A stretch of DNA of 63,566 nucleotides from Clostridia bacterium (lineage in GTDB: Bacteria; Bacillota; Clostridia; Christensenellales; CAG-138). Below the pieces are notes generated by a model. It saw only the letters and a program-made list of their open reading frames with translations. It searched no databases and was not told where the DNA came from. The stretch is taken from contig JAFSPW010000049.1 of NCBI GenBank assembly GCA_017451295.1, forward strand, positions 1 to 63,566. The letters run 5' to 3'. The translations under genes were made by a program, and so were the position numbers. This document shows positions 19,743 through 27,404 of the stretch, piece by piece (the stretch's first letter is position 1; every line of letters starts with the position of its first letter).

Positions 19743-20033
19743 CTTAAGTCCCGATAGGTCCACCATAAAAAGCTCGATATTTCGAGCTTTTTCTTTTTCC
19801 TCGAGACACGCATACGCTTCAAGCCATGTTTTTAGAACAAATTCAGAACAAAAATCAGAGAATTATCCCAGCGTCCTTGTTAATCTGGTTCATTGTAGCC
19901 GATGTCGCATTTCTTTCTTTGTCCATATAGTGAGCATAAGTTTTGAAAATTGCTTCTGCTCCAATCAATCAAAGACAGTATATACTCACTATCGACCATT
20001 GCATCATTCTCCGTTCCCGTTACCGATACCCCT

Positions 20034-20474
20034 TCACGCCATCTTTTCTCTTCCAACCAGGTCAATTAAAAGGTCAATGTTATCTGCGTTTGCGTTGAGA
20101 GTGATCAGTTCCTGCATGCCTTCCCCATAGAGGGTGATATGTCCGCCCGTCTGCCCAAAGCGAGTGGAGATGGGGCATACTTTCATGGCGACAATTTGGT
20201 CTTTGCTCACCCGGTTCACCGGAATCTTACCCCGGTAAAGTGTCAGGTCATCGCCCCGCACCTGTATCCACACTCCCCTGGATGGGCAGTCTATGTTGCG
20301 CCCGGCCAGCCATAGGACAATCCAGCCACCCAATACGGCGATGCCAATCTTCCATTGATAAGCCACAATGCATAGGCAGGTCAAAAGGAAAAATGTGCCC
20401 GACATAGTCTTCCAATACCATATGCGTTGATTTCTGACGATAAAGCTGTCTGTCTGAGATCTGTTTTGTTTCAT
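20034..20474 (-). CDS. Hypothetical membrane protein (2 TM helices plus small soluble domain)
   Basis: MKQNRSQ start overlaps the upstream stop (ATGA); hydrophobic hairpin. Confidence 0.6.
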   Translation of the reverse strand: MKQNRSQTDSFIVRNQRIWYWKTMSGTFFLLTCLCIVAYQWKIGIAVLGGWIVLWLAGRNIDCPSRGVWIQVRGDDLTLYRGKIPVNRVSKDQIVAMKVCPISTRFGQTGGHITLYGEGMQELITLNANADNIDLLIDLVGREKMA

Positions 20475-21037
20475 CTGCGCACCGCCTGAATACTGGTCAT
20501 GCCTTCCCTCTGGGTGAAGGAAGCATATTCCTTTGCTCCTGCCGCAAAGGATATAACAATGAGTATGATTCCCAACCACAGCAAAAAACGCTGCAGGCTT
20601 ATCATCTTCCTGCGGAATTGAACCGGATTATCCGGCTTATAGGCAGCTTCTTCGTTCATTTGCCGTAGGGAGTAACTGGTGCAATAGTCGGCATACGCCT
20701 TGCCGAACCGGCACATGTTCCAAAGCTCCCAGATAACATACAGCAAGGGATACAGGATAAATACGCTCCCTATTTGTATTGAAATGGCCTGTGTGCTGCC
20801 CTGGGGAAGAACACGAGCCATCCAGAGATACGACAGACGATTGATCAGGATAAACGCCGGCCAAGCTCCGCCGAGGAAGGCGGCCATACCCTTGTCCCGA
20901 TGCAGTGAGAACCGTCTTTGCACCGGATGATCCGGCTGCGCGGCTTTTAGGCAGCGGATGGTATGACTGCGTAAGGCCACATAGGCAACGAGCAAAACCA
21001 AATGAAATACTGTGTGGGAAACGAGCCAGTCAAACAT
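20471..21037 (-). CDS. Hypothetical multi-pass membrane protein
   Basis: 188-aa ORF with about 4 hydrophobic segments, coupled to the downstream gene. Confidence 0.6.
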   Translation of the reverse strand: MFDWLVSHTVFHLVLLVAYVALRSHTIRCLKAAQPDHPVQRRFSLHRDKGMAAFLGGAWPAFILINRLSYLWMARVLPQGSTQAISIQIGSVFILYPLLYVIWELWNMCRFGKAYADYCTSYSLRQMNEEAAYKPDNPVQFRRKMISLQRFLLWLGIILIVISFAAGAKEYASFTQREGMTSIQAVRR

Positions 21038-21072
21038 ATTCGCTTTTCCATGCTCCTTTACTGGGCTAATGC

Positions 21073-21666
21073 TTATTTCAGAGGCAGAAAATCCCTGATC
21101 GACGGCCTTTCATCGTTGGCTATCTCAAACTCATATAGAACGGTCCCCTGCGAAATCTTGGTCATATTGATGTTCAAAACGGTTCCGTCCGGAGCCAGGG
21201 CGACATACACATCCAAGCCTTCCGTTCGGGAGAGCAGCTGGTTGCTCAACAATTGAGCAAGGGAGAAATCGGGGCTGTAGAACGTGCCAATTCCCATTTC
21301 GCGAATGGTTCCACCGGCAAAATCCTGAGCAAACAAATCCTTTAGCATATACAGGTGTAGAGCAAGCTCTTCCGCCTCGTGAACCTGATTGTCTGCCAAC
21401 ATGGCATCTGTCAGTTCCACCTGTGTATCTATGGTTTCTTCATTCGCTGCCGTGAAAGGATATACATAGTAGGTTCTGATGCCATCCACCAGTTTCCCCA
21501 CATGGATTTCATCATCTTTGTATAGATACACGGTGTAGTTCCCGGTTTCTATAAAGCGCTTTGCTTTACGATAGGCGTCTTTTCAAAAGCGTTGACAACC
21601 CCCAGTACAAAGCAGCAGCGCCATGCTGCACAGAATTGAAGCTATTTTAATGTTCCATCTTCTCAC
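21073..21666 (-). pseudogene. Lipoprotein gene interrupted by an in-frame TGA at codon 28
   Basis: GTG at 21666 reads MRRWNIKIASILCSMALLLCTGGCQRF*KDAYRKAKRFIETGNYTVYLYKDD..., in frame with ORF 21073..21531; TGA at 21583-21585. Confidence 0.65.
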
Positions 21667-22361
21667 TGCTGTTCTCCCCCTTGAAGCCTCATCTGATACA
21701 GCCCGTCTTCACCCTGAATCTCTATGTGCAGTATGCCGTTTGGCCAGAAACCTTCGCATCGCCCATACCAAAATGTCCCTCCTATTTCAGTCAGCCTTTT
21801 TCTCATTTCATCGGTCTCTGGACAGGATATGTTTGCAGAGTCATCATATCCACGAATCACAATGTAGCAGTCAGATGATTTCTTGGTTTTCAATACATCC
21901 ACGGTGTATTTCTCTGCTTTTTCCTGTGCAATTATAATCCCCGCCTTATTCGTGGTAGATGGCATCAACCATCTGTTGCCTCTATGGGCGTAAACCGCCA
22001 GGTCTGTGATTATAGCTGTACCAGACGAGTAGTGAACCTCCGTTTGAATGACACCCAGGGTGCTATTCTCCCCTTCCACGGTTTCCACAATAGTCCCGCC
22101 GCAATAGTATTGGTTAGCATTTTCCAAAGAGGAAAAACCCGCCAAATTTTCTAACGGATGCCCCAAATAATCCATTCCAAAAGTCAGAGCAGAAAAACCG
22201 ATTACTGACCAGTAAACTACCTCAACCCATTTTGGTTTCTTACTCTTTGGAATAAAAACAGTAATGGAAACAATCCATGCTCCAGCCAACAGGATAAAGC
22301 GCATCCACGCAGCCCCTGGCCATCGACTCATGGGCAAAAGACTGGTATATTCATAAAACAT
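21663..22361 (-). CDS. Hypothetical membrane protein with extracytoplasmic C-terminal domain
   Basis: 232-aa ORF with two N-terminal TM helices and a GGAGGG RBS. Confidence 0.7.
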   Translation of the reverse strand: MFYEYTSLLPMSRWPGAAWMRFILLAGAWIVSITVFIPKSKKPKWVEVVYWSVIGFSALTFGMDYLGHPLENLAGFSSLENANQYYCGGTIVETVEGENSTLGVIQTEVHYSSGTAIITDLAVYAHRGNRWLMPSTTNKAGIIIAQEKAEKYTVDVLKTKKSSDCYIVIRGYDDSANISCPETDEMRKRLTEIGGTFWYGRCEGFWPNGILHIEIQGEDGLYQMRLQGGEQQ

Positions 22362-22522
22362 GCAACGTCCCTCCCTATATAAAAGTCATAATAGATGTTT
22401 CCAGCGGTCTCTCTTTCCTCTTTTGCAAAGGCTTTCATCAAATATGACAATCTTGAGGCGTAAAAATCTACTGAAAATTTTAATATATTTTCGTGATGAA
22501 GTAAAGATGTCTAATATAAGAT

Positions 22523-22729
22523 AATGATGTCGCCGCAAAAGCGGCTGATGATGTATCGGCTGAGGCCGAAATGATGCAGCGCGCTTTACGCGCAATGATG
22601 CGATGGTTGCCCTATGTGCCCGCAGGCACACATCATTGCCGAAGGCAACATCATGTGCCAAGCACGCATCATTTGCCCGTCAGGGCAAACATCATTGCAT
22701 AAAGCACGCCGAAGCGTGCTTTTTTCTGG
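22523..22729 (-). repeat. Structured element, copy D (variant core AATGATGY), preceded on the minus strand by CCA plus the tmRNA-type terminator
   Basis: RCATCATK at 22689, 22666, 22648, 22630 and RATGATGY at 22594, 22570, 22547, 22523, with hairpins between; 22701-22729 is identical to 26162-26190. Confidence 0.85.
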
Positions 22730-22829
22730 AAAAGGTAGACCGTTTTGATAGAATTTCCCGGAGGGGGGTGCATCTGTCCTTTAGGGAGGTTCAGCCATGG
22801 TCGAAGGGGATTCACTTTCAAAAGGGGGT

Positions 22830-23591
22830 TCAAAGTGAGCGATTGGACTGCCCCAGCGAACTTGGATTATCGCATATTGGTAATCTGTTAATATACGCTT
22901 TTACGTAATTTATACATGCCTCGACAAAATAGAACCTAAAATCCTCATAGTACAGAGATGTTTCAAAATGGTAATCTGTATTACGTCCGTGATTTGGTAG
23001 CGTTCTGTTTGCTAACAATTTCTCCGTTGTTGAAAATGACGTTAACCAATTCACTTCAGGGTCATCCCCATAAGCAAATAACTGTATTTCCCAGTATTCA
23101 CCATCATGGACAACTCTGTCTCTGACAAATTTAATGATTTCCAGATAATCAGAGATCGTTAGGCTATAACTGTTATCGAATAGAACACCGTTGATATAGT
23201 CAGTATATGATAATAAGCGAAAACGAGACAGAATACAATTCTTCCCTTCGTCACTAAAGCAATTAGCGAATACAGAATAGAACTGCTTTTTCTCTTTTTT
23301 ATCCAAACAACTCAGATGAAATAGTGACTCTAGACACGTTTTAATAAAGACTATTCGCAATCCATCCCGTACAGGCCAAATCTGATCAATCCTTGATGCT
23401 AGAGTTACAAAACGGTATATTTGATTAATCATTTGTCTTGGAATGCGATTGTTCCAATCAAAGCTGTAAATCCACTGAATGAAAGAAAGTGTTTTGCCTT
23501 CATTTTCGAAAAACGGCTTAAAAAATGAAACTAATCCCGCTTCATTTTCTGCTTCGATAGTTGCAAGATCCATAAGGATGCCCATCTCCAT
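22830..23591 (-). CDS. Hypothetical protein, possible HEPN-superfamily RNase
   Basis: 253 aa, AT-rich; helical region with CLESL and an R-x4-H motif (RDRVVH). Confidence 0.6.
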   Translation of the reverse strand: MEMGILMDLATIEAENEAGLVSFFKPFFENEGKTLSFIQWIYSFDWNNRIPRQMINQIYRFVTLASRIDQIWPVRDGLRIVFIKTCLESLFHLSCLDKKEKKQFYSVFANCFSDEGKNCILSRFRLLSYTDYINGVLFDNSYSLTISDYLEIIKFVRDRVVHDGEYWEIQLFAYGDDPEVNWLTSFSTTEKLLANRTLPNHGRNTDYHFETSLYYEDFRFYFVEACINYVKAYINRLPICDNPSSLGQSNRSL

Positions 23592-23605
23592 TCAATATTA
23601 GACTA

Positions 23606-25687
23606 CTAGGACAGCTTCTTTCTTCTACAAACTGGGCAACCCGAGCCATTTGCTCTATTGCAGATTTTAGCTTGCCATTCATGTCCGTATTTGCACAGCC
23701 ACCAAACTGTTTTGCCAGATTTTAGTGTAACTTGAGTTGGTAAAATCATACCATTCCTTGTGGTATTCCATTCAGCAGCAAGATCAGGATTTATTGTTGC
23801 CAAATCATTAAAACCTAGCAGTACTTTATTCCCTGAACAATATGGACAACCAGAACCCTGTGAACGACTCCCGATTGTTGCTTGCCACTCATGTCCTTCG
23901 GAGCATTTCCACCAAACCTTTCGAGTGCTGCCTCGACTAACCATAGTTGGAGACAATTCTCCGTTTTTTGTTGGGTGCCATTCTAAGGCAAGGTTTGGAT
24001 GAGTGGTTTTCAAATCGTTATATCCTTGTAGCACCATTTGGCCTGAACAATATGGACAGCCGTATCCACTACTACGATTTGCAATTTCCATTTTCCACTC
24101 ATGCCCCTCGGAGCATATCCACCAAACCCTTCGATGGCTGCCATGACTAACCTTAGTTGGCGACAATTCTCCGTTTTTTGTTGGGTGCCAATCTAAAGCA
24201 AGGTTTGGATGAGTGGTTTTCAAATCGTTATATCCTTGTAAAACCAGTCGACCCGCACAATAAGGACAGCTGTATCCTTTTCTACGATCACTAACTTTTG
24301 CCTGCCATTCGTGCCCTTTGTCGCATTTCCACCACACCTTTTTTCCTGATGAGTTGGAAACTAATTCAGGGGTCAACAGACCATTTCTCTCATAGTTCCA
24401 TTCATTTGCAATTTCAGGACACTTTGAGACCAAACTATTCGCCTTTTCAGCAATAATATATTGTTCGTATATTCTAGATGCATCTCTTTCAACATCCACA
24501 TCTATCTTCTCAAATCCAATTTGCTCAAGCAGTGCGCCAATAGCCCAGTTTAAAGATTCTTTGTTTGATGATACACGATATTCAATCGTGTTACCAGAAA
24601 CAGAATTCTTATCACTCTCAACAACCGAAATAATACGAATACCTTTTTGAGCAAAGAACGCTATTTTCTTCTTATCATGTTCTTGTTTGTCTTTGTGATA
24701 GTATCTACCATTATGCTCAATCCCTATTCTGTACTTTGGAAGATATATGTCTATTTCTTTTCCGTAATCTGTATTTCTACTCTCTGCTGAAGTTAGCATT
24801 CTACAATAGAACAGAATTGCTTGCTCCGGAAAGGATGTTTTTAGTTCTTGATTACAAATTGGACACCCAGCTCTTCTAAGTGTTCTGCTATCTATACTTG
24901 CCTGCCATTCGTGACCTTTTCTGCATATCCACCAAACTTTCTTACTCGATCCTGCAGTCACATCAGTCGGATCTAGTGTTCCGTTTTTAGTTGGATGCCA
25001 TTCCTCCGCAACATCAGGGCATATTGTAGCTAAGTCATTAAAACCTGCAAGTACCGTATGTCCCGAGCAGACAGGACAACCGTATCCTCTAATAGTTCGC
25101 TTAACTATCGTTTCTTTCCATTCATGCCCTAAGGAGCATTTCCACCATACTCTTTTTTGAGAGCCTGGCGGAACCATTGTTGGTAAAAGCTTTTGGTTCC
25201 TATTATAATTCCATTCTGATGCGATACTTGGATTCGTTGTAGTCAAGTCGTTAAATCCTATCCACACTTTTTGGTTTGCACAGTAAGGACATCCTGTTCC
25301 ACGCTCAGCTCGCTCAACGACCGCCGCTTGCCATTCATGTCCCAAAGAGCATTTCCACCATACTTTTTTGTTGGAACCAGAAGTAATCATTGTAGGCAAT
25401 AAACCATTATTTTTCTCGTAATTCCAGTCACTTGCGACTATTGGATTAGTTGATGCTAAATCGTTAAAGCCTCTTAACACTTTTCGATTTGAGCAATACG
25501 GGCATTTACTTCCCGCTATTGTGCGATTGTGAATTGGGGCCATCCATTCATGACCTTTATTGCAAATCCACCAAACTGTTTTATGCGATCCTGCAGTCAC
25601 ATCAGTTGGCCTTAGTGTTCCGTTTTGGGTTGGATGCCATTCTTTTGCAAGATCAGGATACTCAGAAGCTAATGATTTCTTTTCCAT
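23606..25687 (-). CDS. Zinc-ribbon (DUF4379-like treble-clef) repeat protein with a central PD-(D/E)XK/Vsr-like nuclease domain
   Basis: Eight ~67-aa repeats (EWHPTKNG..GS.KKVWW.C..GHEW.A.I..R..G.GCPYC), four on each side of SFPEQ..EIDIYLP..IGIEHNGRYYH..DKKK. Start is either 25687 or 25708. Confidence 0.85.
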   Translation of the reverse strand: MEKKSLASEYPDLAKEWHPTQNGTLRPTDVTAGSHKTVWWICNKGHEWMAPIHNRTIAGSKCPYCSNRKVLRGFNDLASTNPIVASDWNYEKNNGLLPTMITSGSNKKVWWKCSLGHEWQAAVVERAERGTGCPYCANQKVWIGFNDLTTTNPSIASEWNYNRNQKLLPTMVPPGSQKRVWWKCSLGHEWKETIVKRTIRGYGCPVCSGHTVLAGFNDLATICPDVAEEWHPTKNGTLDPTDVTAGSSKKVWWICRKGHEWQASIDSRTLRRAGCPICNQELKTSFPEQAILFYCRMLTSAESRNTDYGKEIDIYLPKYRIGIEHNGRYYHKDKQEHDKKKIAFFAQKGIRIISVVESDKNSVSGNTIEYRVSSNKESLNWAIGALLEQIGFEKIDVDVERDASRIYEQYIIAEKANSLVSKCPEIANEWNYERNGLLTPELVSNSSGKKVWWKCDKGHEWQAKVSDRRKGYSCPYCAGRLVLQGYNDLKTTHPNLALDWHPTKNGELSPTKVSHGSHRRVWWICSEGHEWKMEIANRSSGYGCPYCSGQMVLQGYNDLKTTHPNLALEWHPTKNGELSPTMVSRGSTRKVWWKCSEGHEWQATIGSRSQGSGCPYCSGNKVLLGFNDLATINPDLAAEWNTTRNGMILPTQVTLKSGKTVWWLCKYGHEWQAKICNRANGSGCPVCRRKKLS

Positions 25688-25923
25688 TTCATCACCCACA
25701 CTAGACAACGTGTATTAATGCTAGAATACCATAATACGGGCATTCTTTCAATATGAGGCAAATATAAAAATGGGTTTAGGGGTTCAAATTGAACGATTAC
25801 CCTCTGTGTCGATCACACCATAAACCATACGCTTCCCTTCCAAACGTAATCCACCTTAATATGATAACAGAAAAACAATAGGATTGCTGCTGTTAAAATA
25901 GCAATCCTATTCTGGCAATGGTG

Positions 25924-26157
25924 TACGAAAAAGATGGATTTGCGTTTTTGACAGATGGATTCAAACCCTCGGGACAAAGTGAAATCTTTTGCCTTGCGGC
26001 AAAAGGTGAAATCAAAGGCTGAGACCTTTGATGAAATCGTTCGCTGCGCTCGCGCTGAAATGAAATCCGTCCTCCACCCCGCGAAGCGGGATTTCACCGC
26101 CGCAGGCGATTTCACCCGCGCAGCGGATTTCACCCGTCCGCAAGGACGGATTTCGTT
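25924..26157 (-). repeat. Structured tRNA-3'-linked element, copy B (behind tmRNA)
   Basis: Near-identical reverse complement of 18528-18750, plus an extra central CCGCTTCGCGG hairpin. Confidence 0.9.
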
Positions 26158-26187
26158 GAAAAAAGCACGCCGAAGCGTGCTTTTTTC
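26158..26187 (-). terminator. Intrinsic terminator after tmRNA
   Basis: GAAAAAAGCACGC-TTCG-GCGTGCTTTTTTC on the minus strand. Confidence 0.8.
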
Positions 26188-26545
26188 TGGTGGAGGTGGG
26201 GAGAGTCGAACTCCCGTCCGAAGATGAGATGACCCAACTTTCTACGAGCGTAGCCGTCGTACAAGTATTCCCCTTGCGGCACTCCCAACGGCGGGATTGC
26301 CGGTCCGGTAGCTTCATAAAGTCCGGTCCGGGGCAAAGCTTACCCGGGTTCGTTCCCTATCCTAAATGACGCCCGAATCCGAGACGATAGGTCTTCTCGG
26401 GCGGACGCTGTACCGCACTTAGGCGGCGACAGGCATTGCGTTGTAGTTGTCTGTTATGTTTAAACAGTTCCCGCTTTTATCGAAGCGCGGGGCTTCGGCT
26501 CGCTTATCCGGCCCTCACTATCCCCGTCGAAACCATTTCACCCCC
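26188..26545 (-). ncRNA. ssrA: tmRNA; predicted tag (A)DNYNAMPVAA* at 26451-26419
   Basis: 5' GGGGGTGAAATGGTTTCGACGGGG, 3' GAGTTCGACTCTCCCCACCTCCACCA with G3-U pair; ATAACA-GAC resume context; tag ends in AA; directly downstream of smpB. Confidence 0.96.
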
Positions 26546-26560
26546 ATGACGGATAGTATA

Positions 26561-27028
26561 TCAGGCTTTGTAGTCCTTCATGCGCCGGTCAATCTCCCGG
26601 CTGGCATCCTTTTCGGCCAAATCGTGCCGCTTATCATAGAGCTTTTTGCCTTTGGCCAAGGCAAGCTCAATCTTCACCTTCCCGTCCTTAAAGTAAGCGG
26701 AAAGGGGAATGAGGCTGTATCCCTGGGCTTGCTGCAAGCCATAGAGCTTGTTAATCTCCCGCTTGTGCACGAGGAGCTTGCGGGTGCGGAAGGGGTCGTG
26801 GTTGAAGATGTTCCCCTGCTCGTAAGGGCTGATATGGACCCCGACAAGCAGCAGCTCCCCGTTTTTTGCCATGGCATAACCGTCCTTCAAGTTCAGCGCC
26901 CCCTTGCGAACGGATTTTACCTCCGTCCCCGTCAGGGCAATGCCGCACTCCAAGGTGTCCTCAATGAAATAATCATGCCGGGCCTTCCGATTCACGGCGG
27001 CCACTTTTATTCCCTTATGGACAGGCAC
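26561..27028 (-). CDS. smpB: SsrA-binding protein SmpB
   Basis: [46 protein letters not shown]. Confidence 0.97.
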   Translation of the reverse strand: MPVHKGIKVAAVNRKARHDYFIEDTLECGIALTGTEVKSVRKGALNLKDGYAMAKNGELLLVGVHISPYEQGNIFNHDPFRTRKLLVHKREINKLYGLQQAQGYSLIPLSAYFKDGKVKIELALAKGKKLYDKRHDLAEKDASREIDRRMKDYKA

Positions 27029-27044
27029 TTTCCTTCCCTTTCAC

Positions 27045-27085
27045 AAAAAAGCGGCACAGACGAAAGCTCGCTGTGCCGCCCTTTG
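27045..27085 (-). terminator. Intrinsic terminator after secG
   Basis: GCGGCACAG...CTGTGCCGC stem with a T-run on the minus strand. Confidence 0.6.
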
Positions 27086-27094
27086 TCTTTTACA

Positions 27095-27325
27095 TTAACC
27101 CAAGCACATAAGCACCAGTGCCAGCACAGCGATAACGCAAGCACTGATAAGGGTGATCTTCTTCAGCTGAAGATCCTTCTTGGCTTCCCGGCCCTTTACG
27201 CCGAAGGACTCGGTATCACTGCCATAGGCAGAGCCAAGACCGGCAGACTTGCTCTTTTGCATCAGCACGGATACGATCAGTACGATGGACACCAGAACAA
27301 GGATGATCTCGATTGCAAGACTCAT
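27095..27325 (-). CDS. secG: Preprotein translocase subunit SecG
   Basis: Two TM helices, VLMQKSKSAGLGSAYG linker, position between gpmI and smpB; GGAGG RBS. Confidence 0.9.
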   Translation of the reverse strand: MSLAIEIILVLVSIVLIVSVLMQKSKSAGLGSAYGSDTESFGVKGREAKKDLQLKKITLISACVIAVLALVLMCLG

Positions 27326-27404
27326 AAAACTTCCTCCCAAATTGACTGCGATAGCCATTATACCACCTACCTCGCCGCTTGGCAAGGGGTGATTCTGCCC
27401 GGTT

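Larger units (their letters stand above)
18495..26187. mobile_element. Accessory island between convergent tRNA-Ala and tmRNA, bounded by inverted copies of a structured repeat; no integrase inside
   Basis: Flanked by tDNA 3' ends, visibly AT-richer (especially 22.8-25.8 kb), carries resistance- and defence-like cargo and internal tDNA-end fragments. Confidence 0.7.

Noticed and set aside
19832-19856. AGAACAAA direct repeat as a LexA box or integrase arm site
   Set aside because: Does not match GAAC-N4-GTTC, and two 8-mers in AT-rich DNA are too weak to call.
21583-21585. Selenocysteine recoding of the in-frame TGA
   Set aside because: No redox-motif context or evident SECIS-like hairpin; a nonsense mutation or sequencing error is simpler.
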